64,000 bases of DNA from Balanoglossus misakiensis. Taxonomy: Eukaryota; Animalia; Hemichordata. The notes under the pieces are model-generated. The model was not told where the DNA came from and did not search any database. It saw only the letters and a program-made list of their open reading frames with translations. The stretch is taken from contig CM082585.2 of the NCBI GenBank assembly GCA_040954595.2, positions 10,218,564-10,282,563 of the forward strand, written 5' to 3'. This document shows, piece after piece, positions 1 through 15,100 of the stretch; the first letter of the stretch is position 1, and each line of letters begins with the position of its first letter. Position numbers and translations under genes: made by a program.

Positions 1-2825
1 AAATATCAAACCCTAAAGGTATCGTTAAAGTTTACGTTCATAACCTTACCTGAATTTGCAAGCGGAAAAAGATACAGTTTATGTACTCGAAGGTCTAATT
101 AATGTACACGATTTCAAAAGTCAAAGTTTCTGATTATTTGCGCCCATGGAATGATTGGTCAGTGTAGTCAATGTAGCGCCATTTTCTCATCATTATAATA
201 AATCAACAGCCTTGAACATTTCAAGGTGATCGTCCTTCTTATATGTACCAACGGAAACACCTGTCATTACTCACGCCGCCATGATAGAAAATTTCCCAGG
301 TGACCTTTGACCCCGAAGTGTGCGACACGTTCGTTTTCTTCTTGCGTTAAAGTGTATCATCAGTCTCAAAAACCAATGATCTTTTACAAATGCGGGAACA
401 ATCGATTACTTTCTTCAGCGTTTGTGTTCAACAATGCACGTGAAATATTGATTTTGCATTTTTCTAATTTAAAATCACGGTATTTGGAGAGGCTCGTCAA
501 TTAACATTCTCCGATAAAATCTCTTTGCTGATCGATGGACTATTCTGGCGGCAACAGAGAACGTCGATAATAAATGGGTTGCCGTGCACTGTTCATTTTT
601 GAAAATCCTCAATGTCGATTTCACTTTGCATGACATAATTAGCAAGAAATGCAATTCCATTATTTCTAGTGAAATGAACAACAAACTGATGAAGAAAATC
701 GTTCAAAATGGCATGGCATTTTAAAGATGGCCATTATTAAATATTTGAAAGGTCCACCGTGACTGTACGATTATTCCCCTTTCAATGTATTTTTCATTTC
801 CCTTAGCACCAAAGCTATTTTGGAACGATTCATACCTGTTGACAATTCATCGGAAAATGTATCGATCCGCGCCCCGACACAGTTGCGGTGGATGAATTCA
901 ACCTGGTTTTTGCAAGAATGGAATTGTTTTGTGCAATATTATTATATTTCCTATCAGTTCATATGAGGTGCTATTACGGCTGGTTTCTCATGATTGTTCA
1001 TGCATCGGGGAATCTGTAGCGATGAGGTATCGGGCTCTGACGAGAACAGTGATCCACGGAGACACGTATCTGATTCACGTTCATTTATTGTCCAGAACTA
1101 CTCCAGTACATCAAATACGCCCAGTAAAGTACATGAGGAAGGGAACGAACTCAGTAGCCTGAGGTACTCCCATCTCCCGTTAGATTATTTTTTCTAACTT
1201 TGGAAACAAAGTTCTCTTATAATTACTTTTCTCAAGGCGTGGTTAATAATGTAAAATATCACAAATACAATGTGTTACAATTTCATTGGACATCAGTCAA
1301 CTCTATACGTACCAATTTACATAAAGTGTTATATAACAAAGTCAGTTCGGTGATGATTGAGAATCAGAGCAGTCAGTTAAACACCCGCTCTCCCTATCTA
1401 CTTCAAATACATAAAATCAAATACTATCAAACATTGACATTCCCGAGCTCTGGCTTAATTAACCCTTGAAATCGTATTTGACCTTTATACAGATCGTAAC
1501 AGTGCCACGGGAAGTAATTTGCAGCATGTCCGGTGTACACACACACAAACTTTGGTCTCAAGTTCTTTTTTTGTAAAGCCCTCCAAGTTCTATATAGGGA
1601 CAAAGTCGCTCACTTTTAACATTATTCTGGCTAATTTAGTTCCTTCTGACGGTCTATTGAAAATGGTTCTGATGCATTTTGATGACCATAAGCACCAAAG
1701 TCGTTTCGCAGCTAGTAATTCAGAGAGAAAATTGCCGTTTCGGAAGAAGGCCCTCATATAGAAAGCTTTCCTAAAATTTTCCTGCAACATTTAACATGAC
1801 CTGATCGCGTTTTCTCCGCCTTGTCGCATTATGATTGTTAAATGCTTTTAATTATCAAAAATATCCCCACAGTTAACTTGACGGCCTTGAGGTAAAGGAA
1901 ATCCCACACGTTTTAGTAGGCAACGTCAATACTGCAACGCATTTTTATTGAGGGTCACGACCACGCCGTCACTTTGTATAGTACATGTATCGCCGCAGGG
2001 GGTCTGCCCACTTATCAGAATGTCGACACTGAGTCCCTTCTATCTAATCCATCAAAACGGTGGCTTGATAGTGTTATGTCTTTTAACAGGAACAAGAGAA
2101 ATACATTTGCGTTTCTGTTTCAGTGAATGGTGAATTTGCGGTCTGCGTTTTAATAGGCCGCAAATTGATGTTGAAAATTTATTCTATAGATAAATGTATT
2201 CTGTGGTCAATATCGACTTTGGCATTTATTATAATGTATATTCGGGTTCTTGCCATACGTTAAATCCTTCCAAACAGCGGTTTGATATCGCCACTTTGAT
2301 TTACTAGGCATCTGTGCGGATGTGCTCATAACTAACGACACTGGATAAGTAGTAAATTATCGCAGATGAAAGTGGTTTAGAAGTGCTTTTAATTCGGTGG
2401 TAATAAATAAACAGGAGAATTTATACCTGTGATATTCGGTGTCAACGTCGTAAATATAATTCCAAGTAGCGACATTTCCACATTTACCAGTAAAGAATGT
2501 CAACTGTTACCAAAAGCTATGTATGTTAACTCCAATATATAAGGTGTTAGGCAACTATATTGAAAATGAACGTTCTATTATAGTTGTGCAGAAATCGGTC
2601 ATTTGCGTCGATGTTTGATTTTACACTGAAACAAATAAGGTGCGATGCGCATGCGTCCAACCCGGTACCGTCTCTTTGACATCTTCAGATTGCAGCGCTA
2701 CAAATAATTAACAGTCTATATCGAAGAAGAGAGACCGTCAGTTAACTACCATTTTTCTCACTTAGGGTAATTTATAAGTAGGACTTTTCTAATATTATAG
2801 TAGACTATATGTTTAACAAAGAAAT

Positions 2826-3127
2826 ATGGCGAGACGGCTTGGATACGGTGGAGCTGTCTTATTTCAGGTACACGTTGATCAAAAGACTGTAGTACAACCC
2901 TAATGACAAGTTATGGTCTCCTAGAGCGCTTTCTTTGTAACCTTACACAAAATAGATTATTCAATTTTGAACGAATTTGTATCTGTTTATCCATACAGGT
3001 AATTTCCTCCCGAGATTGTCCCCGGTTGATTAAATAGTACGGTCGCGCCATATTTTAATAATCGCAGACTGTACTGTGCACTTTTTTGTTGCTATGTGTG
3101 TACGCATGTCACCAAAACCACGTGACT
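2826..3127 (+). CDS. Probable signal-peptide exons of the adhesion GPCR (2826-2867 + 3068-3127)
   Basis: aatATGGCG start. Spliced translation MARRLGYGGAVLFQ|TVLCTFLLLCVYA-CHQNHVT has a basic n-region, a hydrophobic core and a V-x-A cleavage site. Phase-0 junctions fit the acceptor at 5048. An NRF1-like TGCGCATGCG lies at 2646-2655. The alternative start is the ATG at 4959. Confidence 0.55.
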
Positions 3128-6100
3128 GTGGGTTGCAGGTGACGTGATCCAACACTTGCTAAATTACTAAAAATAATAAAAGTTAGACACGGTCCTTTTC
3201 CACTTTTCGTTGTCGACTTGCTGACCCGCGGGATAAACACATATGGATCCATCAATAACTGGCCGATCTCAAATCGCGTAGTGGCTGTGAATATTGATTT
3301 GTTTAATAGGACGATCAAAACACATAAAATTCCTACGCTTGGTTAAACATTTGATTAAAGTTACTTTTGGATTGGGATTCTGGCCGTGAATTACGATCCG
3401 CATACGTGTTGTGTCATATAAGACTCGGAGTGTAATCAACTGGATCCATTTCCCTGATATCACTGCTAAATCCGAAATAAAAAGCCTGACCTAACCCAAG
3501 CCCTCGTAATTTTTTGTTGGGTGTTTTTTATCGTGCGTGGCATCGCTACATAAGTGCACACATTAGTATCCTTGACGTTTAAAGGGAAGATAGGAAGCTG
3601 CGCCAGAGAAAAAATATCACGCAGCCTTCTTGAGATGCCTTCTTGAGGGGATATTAACTGCCGTAAAGAAGTGGTGGGCGATTTACGACAATAAACATCT
3701 TGCCATAAAAGCCGTCATAGAGCGCGCGAAATAAAGGTTCTGACAAAAAAGCATTGAAGCGTGGCATAACAATAAAACGACGGTCCTATGACTTTCAAAT
3801 TTATTTTCAGTTAACATTTTTATGATAGTACATGAAGTTAAATTCTTTATCTCGTCACAGTGGAAATCTTTAAGGCTTCTAGCTTAGTACTTTGCAGTAT
3901 AATTTTACTGTTGCACAGCCCAAGGGTGGTAAACTTCCTGGATGTTCTTAGGTTTGAAAGCGAAAGAACGGAATAAGTTGTCTTACTTTGGAGCGACGGG
4001 TTTTACGTGTTGTTTTAGATGGCATGCCACGGTGATATTGAACGTCATGCAAATACGCGATTCTATCCATTACGAGCAGTCGTTATTGGCGTTCAATATT
4101 TGCATAAGAGCAGCACATGTGCGCATGGGGGCCGAAATCGCCGCGTTGCAGTTTGACAATAACTGTTCATCAGGGTCGATATTGGCAATCAGAGTAGAGA
4201 CAAACTCTTCAGAGTATTAATTCTCTGGTTTTCATTTCCCGTGCCTTTGTAGACACCACTAAATCTCGCTTTTATTAAGTTGTCAAACCTGCGCCTTTTA
4301 AGAAACGAGAATTCATCTGTGATGAACGTGTCAGCAAATGCCAAACGGCAATTCGACACGATTTCTCTAAGTTTAACATTGGAGGAACTAAAACAGGGGT
4401 TTGTGTGGTCTTGAAGAGCTCTGCTGTCTTTCTTGTTTCCCATTAAAAGGAGTTGTAATCTGACCGTTGATTTAATTTTCGAGGCAGAAAATAATTTCAA
4501 ATGCACAGAAATCGCACCTTCTTTCGTACGAGGGATGGATTCTCGATGAAAGTCACACCTTTTGATAATTCTGTGGACACGAGCTGCTCCATCTGATCGA
4601 ACCAGTGTTACTTTAGAAACTACTTCGGCAGGTAATCTCTGTTTAATGAACCGAACCCAGTACCCTTACACAGAAGCCGCCGTTTTCTGAGCTCAAACAC
4701 CATCTAATATACCTGAACTTGCGTTAACGTATAGAGATTATTTAAGAGCATTCATAAAACTTAAAAGACCATTTACTATTTAATAACGAAAGCAATCCGC
4801 TTTTAAAGAATGAATACATTTGCAGGCCTTCATCATCCCCGCTGGTCATAATAGTTTCGCCCGCCAGTCGTTAACATTAATTCGCCCTGTTCTTATAATC
4901 AACAATCCGTAGGATGTTGTGTTCATATGATATGACATGAAATGGGTGTAAGGACACGATGGGTATCTCCAGGTGTCAGATATTTTGGATTTTTCTCTTT
5001 CTTCTTATTTTGAACTTTGATTATCGCTATTGCTTTGATCCTGCCCAGGTGCCACTTGGAATGGAAAGCGGGATCATCAGCGACGCCCAGCTGGCGGCAT
5101 CCTCGGCGCTAACGTCTCACGAACCGCCGGCCAGCCGGCTGAACAGCGCGCTAAGTTTGACAGCCTGGTGCCCGGCAACAGTTGACCAAAACCAATGGCT
5201 GGAAGTTTCCTTCGGCGAGTTCGTCACGCTGACGGCGGTCTCGACGCAGGGGCGAAGCGAAGCCGACGAGTGGACGCAGAGCTACAGTGTCTCCTATAAA
5301 ACCTACGACTTCTGGCAATTTTACACCGATACAAACGGCATCGTACAGGTAAGCGCATCCATCCTGTCAATAAAGATCCTCGTCATATACACACACTGCA
5401 GTTAGCATTGTATTTTTTATCCTCCTAACACATAAGCTCCAACGTCATCGCGCCAAGCTTGTTATTTGTCCTCGCTGAACTCCCAGATGTTGCTCTCGTA
5501 TATGTCCATTAAAATACGGATAATGAGCGCCTTCCCACCAAATCCTACCGCCGTTTTCCTAAGCTTCAAATCGGATTTAATATTGTAAATTCAAATGTTA
5601 CCGTATCTATTGTATGATAGGGACACGAGCGATATGTAATTTGGGCGAATTTTGAGCGATATTATCCAAAACACCGTGTCCCAATAATACTGACACAAGA
5701 CTAAAAATTGAAAGGAAGCACATTGAAACTTTAGGTATAGGTAGAGTGTTGGTGACATGATTGTGAAGCAGTGAAATGCACGTGTAACATTCTGGGATTG
5801 CGATAAAGTAAATGGTGTACGTGACAAAGTGCTGACAGAAGGGTTTATGTGGGCACGACGGATGTATATATAAATCTCACACATACATGTTTTCTGTGAA
5901 TTCGCCAAACAAAGTCACTTAACTCTGTAAGCGACGCCAGTAAGAGTGGCGGCTGAGGTGTAGGAATTATACTCTGCACATTTGTTTGCGGAGTTTAAAA
6001 TTGGTTTTGCGTCTTACATTTCCTTTCAAATTCGAGCAGCACAGACTACACCTTGTAGTTCAGTTGGTGTAAAGTTCATAGCTCTTCCAGCCTACCGCGA

Positions 6101-9100
6101 ATAGAAACTGTATATCACAATTTATAGTGAGTGAGCGGCGTTGATAATTGAAAGCCGACAGCGTCCGCTTTTATACTGTAGCCAGGGGAAGTTGCACGAT
6201 TTTAGATGAATATCAATTCTGCAAATATATCAATTAATTTGGCCGTGTTTTAGATGGTGTTTGTCATCCATCACACAGGAAAGACGTCAACACATAGAAC
6301 GGACTTCTCAATCAACGCTGTTATGCGTCAACCGGCGAATAATGAAATCTGTCATAAGGATGTGTTTGTCAAAGCTTAGTCAGACGCAATTACAAACTCA
6401 CCAGGCCATAGAAAGCATTTAGTTGAGATGACAGGAGATCGCCCGAAGTTTGATGTAAATAAATGGCCGTATATTTTGGACCAAGTAACAAGTGCCAGTT
6501 ACGTGTTTTAGTGTTAAAAAGGATAACGCGTGACTTCCGAACGATTTTACCTGGACTGCCTGTGCTAAAACTGGTCTAGGTTTGAAGGTGCGCAGGGACA
6601 ACTACGTGAAATTCGCTTGCTGGGTAGTTTTAACCACATTCCCCGAAGGGCTAGATTTTATCTCAGCGTTCGCCAACTTTCTCGCTTACCGTCTGTAACC
6701 CCAGGGCTCAGTCGTAATAGCTTTTGACACTTGATTACTCGCCTGGTAATCACGCTGTGAAAACAAGTGCCACCTGAGTTGAGCTTATTTAATCTACAAC
6801 GGGTTAGACACCATGATTTATGTAACGTGATTCGTGAATTGTTCACGCTTCATGGACTTTGTTTCTGATCACTTCCAAGTGCCAATATTAGAAAAAATAC
6901 AATACCATCATTTCCGTGGAAAATTCTAGTAGTAGTGGTGGTATTTCGGCAAATAATGGGTTTATATACTTAAGTGTGAGATTGATCATTTCTTTCAACG
7001 CTCTCGCTTCGTTCTAAATGAAATCCAGCGATGCGCACCAATATCCGCTGGAGTACGAGATATCGTAAGTGATTACGCACGGAGCCTTGAAAATGTTTCG
7101 CCTCTACCTTTTTCTTTCTATTTTGATAGTAAATGCAATCTCCAGCAAGCAAATAAGAGACCTATGAGTCAGAGGATAAAATGTTCATTTCTGCAATATC
7201 CGTTCTGTTTATTGAACGTTATGAGGGGTTAATATCACTACAGAAGATACTGTAAATATCAATTACATATGACATATGGTTTACATTTAACCATTTTCAC
7301 ACACACACATACATACTCATACATCCATCCATTTATACACATACATTCACACATACATACATATATATATATTAATTTTTAAATGCGATTATTTATCATT
7401 GAAGTGTACATTCGTACTTTCATTTTTACAATCTTAGATTTTTGACGGGAACTCAGACAGAACAACTGAAGTGCAAAATCCTCTCCCCAAACCCGTAGAA
7501 GCTGAAAAAGTAAGGATTCATCCCAAAACATTCAACGGCAACATGTGTTTGCGTGCCGAGTTCTATGGCTACCGTATGGGTAAGTTGTACCATCTACGTT
7601 TCCACTGCAGTGTGGGTCGTATTATGTTATTTCTGTCTGTCATCTTGCATGATGCTGTGATTTTTTGGCAGCGCTTACCAATGAAATCGGGAATTGGGTA
7701 AAGACAGTTCCTTATTTATCACGATTCCCTGATGTGTCTTAATCTTAACATTAAGTACACCGGCGTTTTGATATGATCACAGACGGATAACGGCAACAGT
7801 TAATTACGACAGTCAGCAATCTTCTCTGCCGTTCCGTCTTAAGATAAGGGGGTCTTTATTTGCTTTAGAGACACATCTAATGAATAAAATGATGGCCAGT
7901 TCAGTTATTTAGCGTAAATCTCCATTTGGGTTTTAAGAGACTCCCGCACGACTGGAAATCGCGAGCTGTAACTGCTCACTTGCTCGGTCGGTTTGAGTGA
8001 ATGACCGAATAAACGGAATGTGGTCTGTGTGTATGACATCACACTTTTCCACTACATTCGATCTCACTGTGGCAAGTTGAAACCAGTGGGAAAGACGACC
8101 TCTGATAAATTAGTACCTTGTTCACATCTGCTGATAGAGACATTTTACTACCCTACCCTGAGTTTACGAGAAAACGTCCCATCGATAACACCTTATGCAA
8201 AAAAGGGTTCCGCTTGTTCAAGGATACTATACAATTTCTTCCTGCTGTGATGTTTTGAACTTAATTCAAAGGATATCTGCGGGTTTATTCTCTTGTACCT
8301 TTACTAATACGTAAACTTGCTCGTCTTCTACGGTTGCTTAGAAACGGCAGCCTCCCTCTCCTCCCTCTCTTTATTCTGTCGCTGAGTGTGACGTTTAGAG
8401 ACAGAACCCTATTACAGAACTTGGCATTTAACGATACATTGCCATCACGAACTTCGAAATTGCGATGCGTGCCACACAAATTGACCAATCTACCCTGTAT
8501 TGTTAGTTACAATGTTAACCTTCGCCCTTAATTTGGAGTTAACAGATGAACCCCGTAGATGGTACAACTACAAGTACCCCGCCTATTAACTCGCCGAACG
8601 CCGTAAAGCAAAGCAACTCCAACTCCAATCGGAGAACTATGATTGATTTCGACGTAAAACGTAATTAAACGCAACTCCAAGTCCGTGGAAATAAAGGATT
8701 CCCAATTGTGGGATAATAGCGGATGTTGATGACAACTCAGAAATCTCGCCGTCGCGTGACGTCCGTAGCATGGCAATTTAGTACACGATGTAGCTTAGTT
8801 TTGGTTAAAAACTCAAGGTTTGTTGGAATACTACAGTTACGGCAAACAGCGGCAACCAGGGCAGAGAAACTCGCGTGCACTCAATCAAAAACTATTGATT
8901 GGCTGGTTTTCAACACAATCGGGCATCCTATGACTTGTCGTGCGTAAAAAATTAAATGAATTTGGCCCGTACAGCGAGGGGGCGTTTATATCAATGGATC
9001 AGACTAAGTTCGGCTGATTAATACGGTGTACGATAACTTACCTCGCCATATGGACACAAATGATGATTGCTTGCATTGGTGTAATCTGAAAACTGATGAT

Positions 9101-12100
9101 GATATCAATTTCCGAAGGAATCTCCGCAGACATTGGAGAAAGATATAGTGGAATTCTCTACACGTCTTTGTGGACATGCAGTCTCGCGTGAAATACATGT
9201 TATGTGAATATTTTGTTACAGATTGTATTTTCCTCCAAACTACATGTTTACAAGAATTGCTCGCTAACGCGCGTCCCTTAACGCTTTTTGCCATAATGAT
9301 TTACGTCAAAGTATGAAATGAACGCTATTAATCAAATCAGTTAAATTTCATACGTCTAGACTAATGCGTACCACCATGTAGTAAAATATAGGCGCATATG
9401 CTTGTTAACAAATCTTGCAGATAGATTTGTAGTCAATTTGTAATTGATAATCGTGGTTTATATTTCGCGTGTATCGCTGATGAGTGAATTCAGAATTCGA
9501 AGAACGGACAAAAATCCTTACTGGAAAATACTTGGATTCTGGAAGGAACACGTGATGTTTAAAAAAACACGTGACGAGATCTGACTTTTTTTTCATATTA
9601 TACCAGCATCAATGCACACACCCATCTATTTGTGGCTGGGTGGATAATTCGAAATAATAACGACCAGCAACGAACACAGACGTCGCCGGTTTTAATTATG
9701 AATTTCATCATGGTCCCGATAAGTGTTATTTTTACATCTGGGGCAAACATAACTTCAAGAATGATTTACTATAACGTTTGTAAAATGAATAGTCGGTGAA
9801 TTTTCTTAGTACCACGGGTTCCATTGTTTACTACACGCAACGTTCAGCTTGTTCATCGCTTGGTGTTTTCCTTTTGATGACTGCAGCGTGTAACCGTGTT
9901 ATCATTTCAGTCGCGTGCAATAGCGGAATACATATCGTTGCTTTTATAGCCACAGTAACGAAACACTTTGCGTGTAATGTCTAATCATTGTGATGCTCAG
10001 AATATACAAATTCGTGACACGGCGATATTCTGTCGACAATGCAGATTTTCTGAAAGGATCTCATGTGAAGTAGACAGGCTTAGCCTACTTCGAATTCAGA
10101 GTAATTGTTTTTACTTGTCTTCACTGATTTAAACGCCCTAGTGGTGTGGAAATAAAATGTTTCTCTAAGGAGACTTCTTGCCTCCAGCATGACTCAAATA
10201 TCGAAATAAAAATGCCACTCTAAATTCTACAAACTTCAAACGATGAGAAATAAACGCAATGAAATACGATAGCGGTGCTGTGCATTGGCTTTACACGAGG
10301 TCCTAAATTTTAACGTACAATCTCTTGTATTGTAATACATACAGATGATTTTTCGCGCATTGCGAGATCTCGCGTGACTTGGTGAATTGCAAAATAATCA
10401 CCATTCACCCATGACGACCGCAAGTAAACGCTTCCGTGCAACTTCTAGTCAGCGACCGTGTTGAATTATTTACCCCGGTTAGTTAGGTACTTTTCTCTCG
10501 CTGATCCGCGAACGCAGGAAGAGAATGGCGCGAGTAAATCCTTTGATGGATTCACGTTCCAGGAAATGGTGTTTTCCTGGCTGCGTTTTACCGCTCTTTG
10601 TGACATGTTCACCGACCATATGTTCATTTGTGCCAGAGAGAGAGTCATTTCGCGAACAGCGGCATTCTTCTCAGAAAGTGTCGCCTGACATGTTTCTCTA
10701 GAAATGTCAAAGTGTATAGAGAATAGTTTCTGAGATGAGATTGATGCGTAAACAGTGCCTAACATGCTGATTATCTCCCCGACACGGTAATTTATTTCGT
10801 ATTAGTGATTTCAACTTCAACACATCAAGCACGCACATGTGCAGCGAAAGGCAGATGGACGGACAAAGTGAATATACAAACATGCACGCATGCACATACA
10901 TACACGTTACGTACATACATACATACATACATACATACATACAAATTGAACACATCAACCCTGGCCGGTTAGCTCAGTTGGTTAGAGCGTCGTGCTAATA
11001 ACGCGAATGTCGCGGGTTCGAGCCCCGTACTGGCCATGTATTTTTTCCCAAAACGTTCGAGGAACGTACTATTTTTGAAAATATGAACATGGACACACAC
11101 AAAAAACTCAATGCACACTCACATAAATACATACATGCGACCAAAAACCTCGCCCACGTATACGTTTAATCTTTTGCCACTCTGGAAATGACGTTATTGA
11201 TTTTTAATAATTTGTGTGTTTTGGTAAAATTTTATGTTATGATGCCAGTACAATAGTGACGAGGGCTTTTATTCACCGGCGCTCTTAGAAGTAACTTCGC
11301 AATATCTATAATTGCTTCTGCGCTCCTCAAGAAAGAAAACGCCTTATAACATTTATTAATAGTGTTGGGTTCAATACACCTCAGGAAAGATACATGTATT
11401 GAATAAATAGAAACACTGTCATATTAATATACGTATGTATTATGTTCGCTGGTTTGTTAGTTTATTTATTTATGTATTTGTCTGTCCGTCTGTCTGTCTG
11501 TCTGTCTACACAATTTCATATCTTTTCGTCAGTGTACGGTGAACCGAATCACACTGCGCGTGTCGTATTAACGGTATCATACCAACGTATACAATATGGT
11601 ACTGGGAATTTAATTGGTTATTTTGGTGGCATTAGACTTACACCCGCAGCCGTGAATAAATCATGCCATTGTCATTGTCATCACTGCTATAAATATTGGA
11701 GAGGTTAAATGAATTAAAGCTCCATTAGCCACGGTATCAATCCCATAAAATGTTTATGTATTTGCAAAATAACGGATGGAATAACAAAGAAAGGGTAAAT
11801 TACGCTTCATGCCGATCTTTTCCTACGGTTTCTGAAAAAGAAAGGCGCCAATTTTGTGATGCCAGTTATGTAAAATATTATCATCTGTGGACGATTAGCT
11901 AAGTTCTCTAAATGGGTATTTCATTAAAAATTCTGAGAAATGGAGATTATTCTTCAAAGCTAATAACGATTTCGTATCATTGATTAACAGGTCAGCTGAG
12001 ACCATTCGCCTCGAAACTTGGAATCGAGTCAGGCGCAATCCCGGACTCCCAGCTCGACGCCTCGAGTACCTATATCGACGGTGTTCACACTTACAACGTG

Positions 12101-15100
12101 TCCAGGTCCCGCCTCAACATGGACGCCCCCAAAGGCGCGCCCGAGAAAGGGTGGTGCGCCGGCGGTGTGAGCGCGGGAGAATGGCTGCAAGTGGACCTGC
12201 AGAGGCCGATGCACGTCACAGCGTTTACTCTGCAAGTCGGCGTGCTTGGCGCCACCGGAGAGGCAGCATATCTGAGAACGCTCACCCTGGACCACAGCAA
12301 TGATGGGATTAATTTCGAATCGGCGAAAGACACCGATGGAAATGCTACTGTGAGTTTCAAAAAGTCGTTTGAGTAATTTTATTAATTTCATAGCCTCGTA
12401 CGGTTTCGTGCTGTTATTAAAAACACTTGAAAAGAGCGCTTTAGATTTTTTCGGACATATATTATGAGGGAGATGAGCTTGATGCATATTTATTGGTGCT
12501 CGTGTTTGCGACCAAGATAAAAGTAATTCGGCTTACGCTGTTCCAGATTTTGAGACTGGTATACATCGAGGAGGAATACGTGGGCGTGTGTCGCGTTTTA
12601 TATGTTGCCATGGAAACGCATCAACAACTTGTGGGCCAACATTAAGCGGGTTATTGCTCATTCAAATCAAGTTGTGTAACTGGTCTCCTTTGTCGGTATT
12701 CAAGTTGAATGCCAACACTGGAATGGAATGACGAAATTAAGAGGGCTCGTTCACAAACACACACTTGTACATATGTATCATTACGAATAATGCATGCATA
12801 TTAAATTTAATGATAGCAGTATACATGAACGTTCCGCCGAAGTAGCTATAGGCTCTTTTTTATATGGAAAACCAGTTATACAGTCATTTTACAGTACGCT
12901 TAACTCAAATTACTTTATAAACCAAAAAAAGAAGATTCTTCCCTTGTCTGCGGTGAAGTACTATCCGAGATGACTGCTCATTATATTATGTTTGATTGAC
13001 ATGGCGATAATTTTGTATATAGTGCTTTCCTTGTACATTGTGAAGAATGGGGTTTTACCTGCCGTTGAAAGATGCTAGCAGGCTTACATTGACTCGCAAG
13101 TTGTGGAAATCTTGAAATATGCATCATTAATATAGTACTTATCTTCAAGATAAGCGCTGGTATAAGTGGGAGTACCGTTTTGCGTGGAATGGTCGATTCA
13201 TCACGTATTTCATTTGAATCAAGTATCTTGACAATGTCGCAAATCGACTGGAAGGAATATTGAAACGCGCCGAGGAGATAGAATGTACGGAGCCACTACA
13301 AGTACACATTCTGGGATAATACTTGAAATTGAAATAATTTTTATCTCGCCGTCTAATCCGTTGAAGTGGGCCTTTGCAATTCAGTGGCAAAATTAAATTA
13401 ATTCTCGAGACAGTCTCGGTTATACAGAAACAGACTTGGTGGCCGTGTGTGTACGTGAGGTGGTGACTGTGGTTCCGACTGTTATCTCTCACGACAAGAG
13501 AAGTCAGCTGAATGCCTATTTTCAGCCGCAGGTCATATTTGAGTTAGGGATCACTTTGAAAATGAGATACCACAGTGACGAAAACGCGGGAGAAAATACA
13601 TTCAAAGTAAACCCAAAAAAATAGAAATCTGAAGGCGCCATCAATTCGCTTGGCATTATAAATCTTTCAACACTTTATCTTTTGAAGTTCCGGGAAACTG
13701 TTGAATCATTTCACGACGTATCATTTTTTTGACGTGTACGCCAAACATAGTATGATGCGCCGAGGGCCTTTCTTCAATAGAAATCAAATATGAAATATTT
13801 ACAAATTTAATCCGATGATTGTATGAACATTAAACTTTTGCCTATTTATTAGCATAGCAGGATGCTTGATATTTGTCAGAAAAGGACCGACTCTATCAGT
13901 GATAACATATTCCTTTTAGATTGCTTACCATGAACTGTCATTAATCCTTGAAAACATAATTTCGACAAATAATCTAAGCATTAGTAGCCCCAGGAGTCAC
14001 ATTCACAGAAAATACATCTGGTGCCAGTGACGTCACCAACTGACGTATGATTTACAATATTAACAATGAAGAAAAAAAAAGCGATGACATGAATTTATTT
14101 TCTTTAAAAACGCGCTTTTTGTATTATACCGCTATAGATAGTTATAACGATGATAATAATTATTTATCATTTAATCTCTCTACCTTGACGTTAAGAAAGG
14201 ATAATTTGATGCCACATGTCAAATTACCGTATCAGATTTGGTCTTTTATCTCTTTGTTAAAGAAGTTCATCCCGACCAAGATTTAGCCAGTTATCATCGT
14301 CTTTCAACTTTTTAAATTTCACCTCTCTTTGACAGAATTTCAACGGCGTTCAAGAGTTCGTTCAGCCCATCAAGACCATAGATTTGCCCGTGCCAGTCTT
14401 TGCGAGATATGTGCGTATCACGGCAGTGGACTTCATTCGGAGGAGCTGTGCACGATGGGAGATCCATGGATACAGGGTAGAAGGTGAGTGAGTGAGTGAG
14501 CACTTGATTTTGTTGTGTCCATGCAGTGAAAAACACAGAGACGTTTAAATTTGCAATATTCCATACAAATGAGTCTCCTTTATCCAGCCTGACGTCTCCT
14601 CATAATTTATCGAACTTAAGCGATTGTAGCCTTGAGGTATGTCTACAAAAAACGCTTAAGCAGCAAAGCTTGGAGGGGACCTTTCTGATATACCTGTTGC
14701 ATGATAAATGTCAGCAGGAAATGAGGAGGCTTTTTTAGACTAACTTCATGATTTGTCTCTTGTGTACATTTTTGTGCAGCTTTGCTCAAAATGAGATGAT
14801 GAAAATCTCCGATGGTCGACACAATTTCAAGATGGCCGATTTTTGCTATTAATAGCCTCGCTTTCGCTGACAATTTTTCCCGGGGTGCACCGGGCGCATT
14901 TTTAAAAGGAGTGTCAAGCTAACTTTGAAAACCGTGGGCAGGCATAGGTACCCAGTAGCAATCTGGGAACTGTCTTCGCGATGCATGTTTGAATAACAAG
15001 TGGCAGACTTATATGAATACCTATTTGACAAGTGGTCCGCTGGGCACTCAACTCGAGTACCCTCGCAATCACTGACTGACGTAGCAGATGGAGGTTTGGA

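Noticed and set aside
994-1197. Hydrophilic 67-aa ORF that looks exon-like
   Set aside because: Weak splice signals, no recognisable motif and no partner exon in the window
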